The translations under genes and the position numbers were made by a program. From Macrostomum lignano (Eukaryota): a DNA stretch of 64,000 bases. Below are positions 24,301-35,362 of this stretch, one piece after another; positions within the stretch are counted from its first letter, which is position 1; each line of letters opens with the position of its first letter. Under the pieces are notes generated by a model. It had not been told where the DNA came from and did no database searches. It saw only the letters and a list, made by a program, of their open reading frames with translations. The DNA lies in the NCBI GenBank assembly GCA_002269645.1, contig NIVC01003808.1, positions 11,940 to 75,939 on the forward strand, read 5' to 3'.

Positions 24301-25353
24301 AGTGCGGCAGGTGGCCCAGCAACTGAGGATCTGGGAGTGTGGCAGCTGGCCCAGCAACTGAGGATCTGGGAGTGCGGCAGGTGACCCAGCAACTGAGGAT
24401 CTGGGAGTGCGGCAGGTGGCCCAGCAACTGAGGATCTGGGAGTGTGGCAGCTGGCCCAGCAACTGAGGATCTGGGAGGAATAAAAGTACTCAAAGTAGGC
24501 CACTCACCAACAGACGCAGGTAAGTCGATGCTGTCATCATCGGAGCCGCTGCTCACTTGAGCCTCCAAGTTGCACGCAGCGGTGAAGCGGTCGTCAATGA
24601 AGCTCTGCAGTTGGCTCACCGCTGTAGTTGGCGAAATTTCTGCATTGTTGAAAAAGTGAAAATAAAGCAGTTGCAGCACCATTGTGTAGGAGAATCCATC
24701 TTAGATAAGTAGGGACCTGAGCGGAGTGAACTATAGCTCATTCGGTAAATATAGGGACCTGAGCGGAGTTAACTATTGCTCACTCGGTAAAAATAGGGAC
24801 CTGAGCGGAGTACTGGCATAAATAGAACAATGCATTAAAACTACATATATTGAACACCTGCATCTGTTCCATTGACTTCAGAAGCTTTATCAGCCGGTTT
24901 GCTGCTAGCAGATGCATTGGCAACAACAACAGCAGAAGCAGTATCAGAAGAGGCTGGCAAGCACCGCGTCAGAGCCACCTGAGTCTCCGATAGCAGACAA
25001 TCTGCCAAATCGTCAAGCGATGAATCTCCATTTCCAGCATCCTCATTGCTGGCATTGTTATTAAACTCCTCGGCGGCCTTGCAAACTTCATCAAGCTGCT
25101 TAGCTAGGCTAGCCAGATTCAGCTTAGCAATCTTGTCCACCGAGGCGCAAATGGCAGCTTCACTGGGCTGCCCATCGCTAGATGACGGTGCCAGTTTCCG
25201 CTTCCGGTTGCCATTTCCCGTCTGGCTGGAACTGCCATCCAGGCCAGATTGGGTCAGCCGGTTCAAAAAGTTGGACACTTCATCGGCTGCTGTGGCCGAG
25301 GCTGCATCAACCTCGGGCATGTCCGGGCCATTGCCCAGCTTGGAGGTGAGCAT
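15324..25353 (-). CDS. TASOR/FAM208-like protein (C-terminal alpha/beta + PIN-like region), 9 exons, ~1040 aa
   Basis: Exons 25353(first Met)-24858, 24639-24508, 23402-23187, 22364-22146, 21436-20834, 20153-19759, 18654-18282, 17311-16721 and 15424-15324 are all GT-AG with consistent phases (3126 nt). C-terminal segments (FFHVVG..LASRLTSLGHRQCDP; QLPGLLELRKRRDVRFLAF; FPVTGGPCLLLGDPL; RWPIGIRARDLRRL; LLGCVDGLAELQTRLRCRHREFLLL; EFGCETATVGQLL) resemble, in order, my recollection of the TASOR/TASOR2 C-terminus. The exon structure is well supported; the family call rests on a by-eye comparison only. Confidence 0.7.
15470..16640. repeat. 21-bp minisatellite with higher-order blocks in the last intron of the TASOR-like gene
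   Basis: Unit CCTGTCTGTCACCTGCTGTTT, with recurrent longer blocks containing accattatgc. Confidence 0.95.
17375..18250. repeat. 28-bp minisatellite (family A)
   Basis: Unit GGCTGGCCCAGCAACTGAGGATCTGGGA. Confidence 0.95.
18695..18825. repeat. Dispersed repeat fragment shared with the MITE at 46091-46356
   Basis: gacgag.catt...acagtcatagttactcc.gc.gtttacc...gcgttaattttg...gtcgcattttt aligns with 46201-46325. Confidence 0.75.
18905..19143 (+). mobile_element. 5'-truncated tRNA-derived SINE with CORE-like central motif
   Basis: B-box GGTTCGATTCC (18919-18929), CCCAGCTGTAAAATGGGTA resembling CORE-type SINE cores, and a (TAT)n-like 3' tail. Confidence 0.6.
19160..19610. repeat. 28-bp minisatellite (family A variant)
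   Basis: Unit GGCTGACCCTGAAACTGAGGATCTGGGA. Confidence 0.93.
20395..20770. repeat. 26-bp degenerate minisatellite
   Basis: Unit GGGAATTAGCTGAATTGGGAGATTTT. Confidence 0.85.
21455..22115. repeat. 23-bp minisatellite
   Basis: Unit GGATTGCTAGACTAGGGAAATAT, nearly perfect; the first copies are GTGAAACAT variants. Confidence 0.95.
22425..23135. repeat. 20-bp minisatellite
   Basis: Unit GAGTGACAAT(C/T)TGACTATCA. Confidence 0.95.
23445..24477. repeat. 35-bp minisatellite (family A plus 7 bp)
   Basis: Unit GGCCCAGCAACTGAGGATCTGGGAGTGCGGCAGGT; the spurious ORFs repeat every 35 aa. Confidence 0.95.
24700..24812. repeat. 42-bp tandem repeat (~2.5 copies)
   Basis: tagggacctgagcggag at 24710, 24752 and 24794. 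Confidence 0.85.
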
Positions 25354-26307
25354 GTGACAGCTGCTGCTGTTTGACTCTCGAGTTGCAGGTGAAAGTTTTA
25401 ATAAATTGATTGACTTGGCACTGGGAGAGCAAAAGTTGCAGCATAAATGCAGCAGCAAGTAATTCAATACAATTGTGAAAATATACAACCCTTTAGATTC
25501 AATTTAGCAGCTATAAGGAGGAAACTGTCAGAGTCAGATGCAGATAAACATTGATTTTAAGTATTTCTTTATTGCAGAATTTTCTACAGCTTCTATAATA
25601 CTTTATGAAGATAGGAAATTTTAAAAAGCAATTTAGTGCTAAGTGATACCTGATTTTGAAGAGGCTTAGTGTGTATAGATTTCTATTAAATATACCTAGA
25701 CTATTGTGATAATATCTTTAAGATTTGTGCCATTTAAATAAATGCCAATTCATCAAATTAACACTATCAAAATTTTGGCTTTCTAAAAAATTAGGCTGCA
25801 ACAAAAGTTTTGAGCATTTTTGAGCATTTTGAGCACCCTATCCATAGCCCATAGTCCAGATCATGGCAGGCGTAGGCTGGAATGAAAATTCATGTTTTTT
25901 AAATTTTATGCTGACATAAAATAAAAAATTTTTCACACCAAGACTAAAATTGTTTATATGCCATTTTTTCAAAGCATATATATTTTTAGGAATTCAAAAC
26001 TTTTATTTAACTTTAAAATGGCTGTTTTTTGCTAAAAACTGAATATTGTTTGTTTTAATTTGGCCTTTCTTATAATTTTACGTTATTATTTTCAATTTTA
26101 GTTTGCAATTATTTTTAAAGAGCTTTCAATGTTGGTTGATATTTAACTACACAATTACACTAGCCTTGAACTTGGCTATTTTTGTATGCCGACTGTGTAC
26201 ACTTCATGTCAAACCTGAAAATTCTATATGCCAAGTGTATGCCAAGATTGTCAGCGAGACCAAAAATATGCCGGAAAATTCTGGCGAAAAGGCCACCTTC
26301 GAATGAG

Positions 26308-27315
26308 TATAACTTTGGCTGTCAACTTTTCTATCAACTATTCCATTAACTTTCTGTCAACTATTCCATTAAATTTTCCATCAACTTTTCTGTCAACTAT
26401 TTCATGAACAATTATGCAAGTCTGTTAACTAGATTCCATCAAATTTTCTGTGTACTCTGAATGGAAAGTGATATTTTTCTGTATAAGTGCAGACTTTTCC
26501 TTTGCAATTTTTTATGCATGCTTAAATTGGTTGAGTATTTATGTATATGTATAAATTATAAATAAATAACACACATGCAATTTTTTTTTCGTGTGACATA
26601 CATGTTCCAGAATTTAAATGGTATTGCTGCACTATTTGCACTATATCTGCACTTGTTTTATCGATTCATCTTTGGTAACTAGGGTAAATGGAAAAGATGC
26701 ACATTTTTACTAATGTAGGCTTGTTTTTTCATTGATATATAAGCATACAAACAGTCAATAAATGAGCAAAGAGCTACTCGCATGATGATCCTATTTGACA
26801 AAGTCACATGTTTTTCCAAACATTAAATTGCACTTTAATGAATGCATTTAAAGTGCAACACTATACTTTTTTTAATTAAATACATAGGTTGCTAGAATTT
26901 TGCCCATCCCCTAAAAAAATATTGAAAGAGTTCTAATCAAATTATTTTTGCTTAATTGAAGTACAATAAACATGTCCTGCTAACAGTTAACTACATATGC
27001 TCACACAAGGACTTCTAGATTTACTAGACCAACTAGTTAGTCTAGAAGTCCTTGTGCTTACAATTTACAAATAAAAATAACATTAATGTTTGAGCTTGGA
27101 TGTCATACAGAATTATTTCACAAAAGTTGATAGATAAAGTTGAAGGAAAAGTTGACAGAAAAGTTAACAGAGAAGTTTATAGAAAAGTTGATGGAAGAGC
27201 TGACAGAAAAGTTGACAGATAAAGTTGTGTACCCTACTTATAGGAAAAGTTGATGGAAAAGTTAACAGAAAAGTTAATGGAAAAGCTGAAAGAAAAGTTG
27301 TTGGCCAAAGTTATA
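26308..27315. mobile_element. Foldback/MITE-like element with subterminal inverted repeat arrays
   Basis: Terminal TATAACTTTGGC / GCCAAAGTTATA. The left arm has repeated (tc)aacttttct units and the right arm their reverse complement agaaaagttga. Confidence 0.7.
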
Positions 27316-30144
27316 TTTGTACCTTCCTGACTATGTCCCATACCACAGGGCCTAGTCCAGATCATGCTGGGTGCATGCCTGAACAAAAATTGAATAATTA
27401 CAAATGCACACCAGAAAAAAATGTAGTGCATGCCCATTCTAAAAAATATGCCAGTGTTGCAACAATAAATGACCTTTTTTACGTTGTGACAATAAAATAC
27501 TTTTTTTTTAAATTAGGCCTACATAATAGACCCCTATTACTCTATTACCAAATAATTTGGTTGCTTTTTATGCTTTTTTGGCAATACTATTTATAGCAGA
27601 AAATTTAAACACTCAAAGATTTGTTTAAATACCCTTTTAAGAGCTTGAAAAAACTGGAAAGCTTGAAATTTGCACTTAAAAATGAATTTTTTTATCTTTT
27701 TTCTACTTCACAATAACTTTTACACGTGATTCTATAAAGTTCACACTAGGTATGCACGCACACTATCTTCTCAGGAATGATGCACATTGCACGCCAACTG
27801 TGCACGCCTAATTTTGGCATGTAAGGCCAATGCACACCCAAATTTTTGGGCATATACTACATGATCCAGAGTGTGGGTCCCATCCCATAGCCATAGGCAT
27901 AGGGTCTTACTTTTAGGGATATAGACTAGAAAAAACTTTTTAAAATATATTTAGATATTAGTATATAATAAATTCTTGTCTTAAAAATTTTTAAAACTAC
28001 AAAAACTTTTAAGTTTATACCAACAAAAAACCCAATGTAGGCTTTATATTTGACAAGTCATACCTCATAGGACCCCCACCCCACTAAAGTCCCTATGCCA
28101 GGTAACAAAAATCATGACATGATGCCAATTGATGGTTATGCTGATGCCTATGAGGACTAAAAAGTGGTTTGGCAAAAAATTAAAGATTCAGACCTAAAGA
28201 TTTTAAAGACCTAGGCCTAGTCAAAGCAAAGAAACTAGTATAGGTCTAGTTCAATTTAATGCACTGGATATCTATGTAATTAAAAGGAAGTTGTTTGATT
28301 GGCGATTACACTAGGCCTACTGACTAGGTTAGCCTAACATGTTAGACGAAGTGTTTAACTTCGTTGAAAAATGAAACTCTCCATAACTAGAGGGAGATAC
28401 GTGCTATAAAGTTTTTATTATTGAATGACAATCGCCAAGAAGAAAGTGAAAGATTGTGCTAAGTTAGGTTGTTAAGGCAGTCAAATATTAACAGAGTTTA
28501 ATATTTATACCGCTGTTTTTCTTGGAATTCCGAACCGATTCTGGTTCTGGAATTGGTAATGTGAAAAGGCCCATTGAGAGATTCCCCGCGCTCTTTAACC
28601 TGGCGAAAATGATGTTTTTAAGTTCCTTCATGATGACTCACTCGTTATTTCACGATGTTTTTTTATAATATATTATAAATGCACTTTTCATTACAATTTT
28701 GCTCTTCAAAAGTCTATGCTCTTACCTTTTAGTATTGCAATGGCCGCCCTAACTTTATAACTTAAGAGGAATCAATCTTCATTCGTCCAAATAAACTGCA
28801 TACCAGTTTAATATAGTATTCGTTTCTTCTTGAAGCCAAAATCTTATTTAGAGCCTACGTTATATTTTAATTGCAGATACATAAAGACTAAAGATTATGT
28901 ATATTTATGTTATTTTCTAGTAATCGTGCATACATGTTTATTGGCCAATCGTCCTAAAGAGCCTAAAAATAACTATAAAAATTAGGTTACTTACTTTCTT
29001 ATGTATTTATAATTTATCATTTTGCAAGAGCTGCACCTGATATTAAAAAACGTATTCATTCACGCATTTGCATGTAGCTACTCCAAAAAAAGCACATTCT
29101 GACAATTGCATTCGGAAAGATTCGCGTATACCGAAACCTATACATTTAAAGTATAAGTATAGGCTGAAGCCTATAGTGTCGTATACAACCAAAGTATAAG
29201 TTCTAGTTAAACACATAGGTTGTAATAAAAATTTCAAGGTAGAACAGTTGAAAAATACTGAAACATTTTTGAGATAAAACGATTAATTTTTTAAGAAGTT
29301 ATATTAGTTTGTTTAAACTGAATAAGAAAGTTTAAAATACCAACTGATTTCCTGGAATGTTCAGCCCGCGCTGGGAACGGTCGAACGAAGTGTCAGTGTC
29401 AGCAAATGCTGAAAATGCTGATTGCATCGGCAGCACTTTTGCACTTTAGCTACCTAAGGATTATTGATACTTGAAAATGAATTGATAAAAGAATTTACTA
29501 ATTTAAGAAATGTATATTGTTTTATACATTTAGTTTAAAATGTATTAAATTGCTTCTTACAATTTTATTTCTAATAGAAATTTTCTATGCTATGTCACGT
29601 ATCTGACTGATGTTCCGATGGAATGGTATCAATAAAACATTGTCATTAATTGGCCTGGTTGGCTCTCTTATATTACCTCATCTTAGATCCTATCTTATTT
29701 CACTTAAAACTAAAAGCGCTATACTTGTCAAACTATTTCCAATTGCCAATTAGAATTAGATTGATTTAAAAATGCAATATAATAGAAATCAGGTAAAGTA
29801 GCTTGCTTGGCAAATAAAATAAAAAAAAATCCAAAAATCAACATGTGGTTTTTTCACACACCAAGGTGCATTGTCAGGTATATTGTTTGAGACAAAAGGT
29901 GTGAGTAAGCAAATTTATAAATTATTTGTCAATGAAACGTATGTTAGTATGTAGCTGGTGAGTAAGTATTTTGTTTATTATAGCTTTGTATTTTGTTTCA
30001 TAGCTGGTGAGTCACCCACCCTTAATACGCAACTCCAACACAGTGGTTCAGGCCATGTTTTTCGATTCCAGGTATTCTTAGTAAGAGAGCATTGACCTTG
30101 TTGTAACCACTGCTCACTCAATTATATTTTGTTTTCTACCTATT

Positions 30145-30710
30145 GGACATAGTCAGGAAGGTGTCCAGTGTATGCAAGAACTAATTCTGGGCAAAATTTA
30201 GCCTGTACGCCAATGTACGCCAATTTTTTTAGCTTCATTTCGAACATTACGCTGTACACTGAAGTCCTTTTTCCGTATTTGAAATTGGATTTTACGAAAG
30301 AATGGACTACTTTATTGCATGCAACAATTTAAAAAAGTTGAAAACAGAAACAAATAAAACAATTCTTTTTTCACAAAAGTGCAAAATAACAATCTTTAGA
30401 AATAGTTTTCCATTATCTGCTTACTTTTTATTATTCTTTAATTTTTTCAATGGCCATAAATCAACAAAGACATATGATACAATGCAAATAAGATTGAATA
30501 TGATTTGTAAAAAAGGTCACTGTGCAATTGCTTACGTATATGGACAGTGATTATGATGCCGCCAGTAAAATTGGTACACTGATTTTGTCGTTCTGTTGTG
30601 TGTATACGCAGATACGCAAGTTTTCTAAAGATCTATATGCTGAAACTGATTCTAACGGCCAAGTGTATGCGGGATTATTCCTGCGTACGGACACCTTCCT
30701 GACTATGGCC
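30145..30710. mobile_element. 566-bp MITE, 22-bp TIR, 4-bp TSD TATT
   Basis: TIR GGACATAGTCAGGAAGGTGTCC (30145-30166) / GGACACCTTCCTGACTATGGCC (30689-30710), one mismatch, with TATT on both sides. A stray right end of the same family lies at 27321-27338. Superfamily unresolved. Confidence 0.85.
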
Positions 30711-30792
30711 TATTGGTCTTTGCCTTGCCTTGCCCTATGGACTATTAACCTCCTATTACTCTGTACATACAAAATACTTACTCACTAGCTAC

Positions 30793-31536
30793 TGTGACAG
30801 GCCTTTTGGCTCTGTCTTTCTAAACTTCTAACTATTAGTGTTTATTAAATATCCTACGAGCTGCCACCAAAGTTGTTACAGGCCTTTCACCTCTTACTTT
30901 ATCAATTTTAATCCCACCGATTTGCCAACTACAGTTATCCTGATTATACTTGCTTTTACTCCCTAACTATTTCTTAGAATTTCATTTAAATATTTCTGGG
31001 TAGCGTTCTTAGTAGCGTTTCTGGTAGCTTATGGCTTGCTTTCTGGTAGCGTTCTAGTAGCTTATGGCCTGAGCGGTCTAGTACTGGTATATGTATTAGT
31101 GTATAGTCCTAATCGGGCGTTCACCGAGACTAGAGGGTCACGGCGCCTCTCTTGGTATATCTCCAAGAATTAGTCCCAATTCCCTTCTCTTAGCAAATTT
31201 CTTAGAATCGTTTCACAGGTTTTGCAAATAAATAAGTCGCTATTTAGCTCAAAGACTTTGAAATGGTTTAGATTGAACTGCTTATTCTGTTCGCAATTAT
31301 TTGCTCACGAGTAAAAGACAGTTAGAGTATATTTGTCGCGAAACCGCTCCTATATATAGTGATTTCCCCCACATACGATTAAAACAAAAAAATAATTCTC
31401 CAATTTATTTCACGCATTAAAACAAACTATTATTTGGCGTTCGCGTAGATTCAGTTTCTAAGAAAGATTCAAATATACAGTTATTACATTGAAAGAACAT
31501 TTGAGTATACTATGATAAAGGCATAGCACTAGTACA
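30793..31536 (-). repeat. 3' LTR
   Basis: Direct repeat of 37642-38385, adjacent to the polypurine tract. Confidence 0.95.
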
Positions 31537-31550
31537 ACTTTCCTCCTCTA
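31537..31550 (-). other. Polypurine tract
   Basis: The minus strand reads TAGAGGAGGAAAGT immediately before the 3' LTR. Confidence 0.8.
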
Positions 31551-31822
31551 TATATCAAATTTTGAACGAAATACTATATTATATGTATACAGTGAAAAAT
31601 TGATATCGTAGGAAAATGTAGGTGAAAAGGTGCAAAGCAAGGTGCAGAAAACACAATTCAGTGCTAAAACAATTGGTGCATAAAATGGTTGTGATAGAAC
31701 TATTATGTAGGTAAACCATTAAAGTGAGAACTATTATGGAAGCAAAACGAACTATTATAAAAGTATTATAAAAGGCAAAATTGTTATTAAAGGCAACGCA
31801 AAAGTTAGTTCACCTCAATAGT

Positions 31823-34800
31823 TCAGATAAACATGCAGGGCTCCGGGAGGTCGCGATAGTAGGGCCAGCCGACTTGAGCGAAAAACCATCGGTACTCTTC
31901 GTCGAGGACCGTCAGCGCTGGCGGCGGGTTGGCTCTTATAGCTCGCTGGAGGCGATAGGCGACGTCCTGGAGAACAGCGACAGCTTCCTGGTAACTGAAT
32001 TGATCCCTTAGAAACTTCAGGTGTGTCCAAATTTGCGAGCATTGGGGGTAGCGCTGTCGGCTGTCGGATAGGGGGCGACCCAGTCCCGGGCCCGGGCCCG
32101 AAAAGTCGGGAATCCCGACCAAAATCGTGGCCCGACCCGGGCCCGGGCCCGAACCTAAAAAAGTCGGGAAATCGGGACAAGTCTTTTTTCCCTAAAGGCA
32201 CTAACCGCGTGCGAATAAGAAAAAATTATTTTTCAACACATTCACACTAATTTACCCTTAATTCCAGCCCCAGGAAAATGCAACTGCAACTGCAAGGCAT
32301 GACTGCATGAGGCATCTCTGTCTCTGGTCGGTCACTGACCTCACCTCGACCTCACCTGACCTGACTGTGAGCGGTCTGTGATTCTATGAAGCTGTCGGTC
32401 ACTCACTGTCACTGGTGACTGGTGTCAGTCAAGCTCAAGCCTGTCTGCCCTGCCCCGGCTGTCCGTGAAGTTCGGTGATGTCTGGTGCTGCTCCCATCCC
32501 GATTCCCGATGTCCAGTCCAGGTCCAGGCTGCCAAGTCCGAGTGCCGATGCCGACTCCCGTTCCCGTTCCGTCACCGTCCTGAGTCTTGGACAGCTGGAC
32601 TCCTGTCCTGAGTCCTGACTCCCACTCGAGCTTGAGTCAAGTAACCCACTCACTTAACTAAACAGTCAGATTCGAATTTTCGAGTGTACATGTACGACAA
32701 TAAAATTACATACTGTTCAAAATTGATGATACATATCATACAATATACATACAATATAGATATATGTATATATATATATATGTAATACTGATAGACTGAT
32801 AGTGATATCATATCTGATACCGATTTATTGAAATTGACATCGTAAAAGATTACTGACTTCTGAGTTTTGACTTTTTCCTTTTTTATCACTTTCGTTTCGT
32901 CTGGACTCCTGGAGTGGAGAAGAGAAGTTGAGTGGAGGCCGAGGCCCGAGGGTGGACTGGACTGGACTTTGAACTTTCTGGGCTCGTGGAGTGGAGTCGT
33001 GTCGTGTCTGAGGCGTGAGTCGTGACTTGTGACTGATTCGTGATTCGCGAGTTTTGTTTTGACCGTGACGGTGACTCGTGATTGTGTAGTGACTCGTGAG
33101 TCGTGATCGTGACTCCGTAAGTGATGGACTACAGACGGAGTGCTAAAAATCACTGCTAGGCTAGTGCTATAAGTATCGAGTAATTATTACTGTCACTTTC
33201 GTTAGAATTATACAGTGTAGTGTAGTGTACTCTAATCAATAATCATTTCATCGTCATCCGTCATGTCAGGTCAGTGGTCAGGACTCAGGACTCAGGATCA
33301 GGACAGCACAACACTCAGTTAAGCATCGCATCAGTAATAGTAATAGATTTAGTATATTTAGATGATATGATGTGAAGTAGCAATATCATTGATTCGTAGT
33401 AGGCTCTTAGCGTGAGCGTCTGTGACCGTGAGCGTCAGCCACAGCCAGTTTCCACTTTCCAGGAAGATCGGATTTTTTTCCAGGAAGATAAAATTAAAAC
33501 ATAGTTTTGCAATACTTTTTTGCAATATTGATTCCACTTTACACGCTGCAGGCTGCAGCCTAAAAGCAAAAATATGATTCTTTAAAAAGTTTATTTGTCA
33601 TTTTTAAGCTTTTGTAAATAACATTTCCTATTTACATTCCAAGAAGGCTACCATTTTTCCAAGAAGTTTGCTATCTATTAGAGTTTGTAATCGTGTTCAT
33701 ATTTGTATCGTAGGTAGTCGTAGTCGTAGACTTGTAGTATCGTATTCGTAATCATATTCGTTTAAGTAGGTAGGTGAGCAGGTAGGCAGGTATCAGCTAA
33801 TTACTTGTATTTCCATTGTCTGTTTGCCTGTTCTGTTGAGACAGTTGAGTGTTGTGTTGTGTTGTCACTTCACTTGTGTTCTGTTCTGTTATCTTGTCTT
33901 GTTGTCTTACTGAATACTGACTGTGTACATGGCTCTTTACATTGAAGCTATGTAAAGGATCTAAAAATTCAAATAAAAGAATCAATCAATTGATTTGGTT
34001 CTTACTTCCTTACTGCTTCCTATGCCAAGTGCCTTATACTTAATGCTTCAGCTTTTCTTCTTTTGCTTACTGCCACTGCCAGTGCCAGCCGCACTGCCGC
34101 AGTGACTGCTTGCCTACCTCACTGCTTGTTAGTATCACTGTCACTGGCACACACACAGTACTTGTGCCACACACTCACACAGTGACATTGAATTTGAACT
34201 ATTGAGTATATTGATATTTGAGTATTAAGTCTTTTAATGTAACTCTTATCTTATTCTGAAGTCTTAACTAATGTATTAAATAATAATAATATTTATTGTA
34301 TATTTATTATATTTAAATTTAAATATTTATTATATTTAATATAATATATTATATTTATTATATTTATATATTATTATATATTTAATATATTTATATATTA
34401 TAATATATTTAATGTTTATCATATATTTATTATACCTTTAATATATTATATTAAATTTAATATATTGATATATTTATTATATATTTAATAGTAATCCGCA
34501 TATGCTAAAAGTATTAAGATTTATTATGATTTTTTTCCAATTATTGAGCTGTCCTAAAGATCTTGTCCCGAATTCCCGAGGCCCGACCCGGGCCCGAGTC
34601 CTCATTCCCGGGCCCGACTTTGGCCGTCCCGGTCGCCCCCTACTGTCGGATCGGTGGTACGCTACTTTCAGTGCGTATTGCTCAATGTGGAAGCGTAGCT
34701 TTTCCACCTCTGCTCCGCGAGTCTCCACAAGTTCTCGGACGATGCGATGAAAATCTCTCTGCGAATTCGATTGCTGCTGGCTCGGCTGTAGTGCTGATGG

Positions 34801-35279
34801 CTGGCTAGACTGCTGCGCTGATTGCAGGCTCGGCTGCAACGCTGACTGCTGCGCTGATTGCAGGCTCGGCTGCGACGCTGGCTGCTGAGCTGGCGGTGTC
34901 GCAGCTGTCGATTTCTTCTGCCGTGGTGCCGGGGTCTTTCTCGATGATGGGGCAGCTGGCGGTGACACCAACTGCTGCGTTCGGCTTGATGTCGACGATC
35001 CTGGCGTGGCCTTGACAACATAGGAGCGCACGGGCGCAGCTGCCTGTGCTGCCACCAGGGCGGCGCGCTTCTGCTCGGGCCTTCGACCCTCATTTGGCGG
35101 CAAGGCGATGAAGCTGGCGATGATGTTCTTGGCCGTTTGCTGGATACACCAGGCGCCTTTGGACGTGTTGCACATCGAAGCGGTGCCTCATTTTCGTCGG
35201 TGTTGGGCGCTGGCTGGGGCTCCATATCGTCTGACAGATTGCCAATTAACTCGTCCAAGATATCAATAGAGTTGTTCAT
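31823..35279 (-). pseudogene. Accessory ORF of the LTR element, interrupted by the hAT insertion (unknown function)
   Basis: Removing 32069-34642 and one TSD copy joins ...KVAYHRSDS to RQRYPQCSQIW...EPCMFI* in frame (35175-34643 + 32060-31823 = 771 nt). The probable true start is MNNSIDILDELIG at 35279, which needs a frameshift near 35100. Confidence 0.7.
32069..34642. mobile_element. Non-autonomous hAT-type DNA transposon (2574 bp)
   Basis: Perfect 12-bp TIR TAGGGGGCGACC / GGTCGCCCCCTA, an 8-bp TSD CTGTCGGA (32061-32068 and 34643-34650) and subterminal cccgggcccga repeats. An 8-bp TSD with TAGGG termini is typical of hAT. No transposase ORF is visible. Confidence 0.9.
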
Positions 35280-35362
35280 TTTGATTTCTCTGCGAATGGC
35301 TCTTAGAATAGAAAGGAAGCTAGCAGTGAGCTATGGGATCTGTGGGGCCTGCAGGGTGCTCG

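Noticed and set aside
23139-24503. 454-aa ORF with 35-aa periodicity
   Set aside because: It is the translation of the 35-bp intronic array, and real splice sites flank it.
31823-35279. Interpretation of the accessory ORF as a retroviral env
   Set aside because: No signal peptide, furin site or transmembrane segment is visible in the reconstituted protein.
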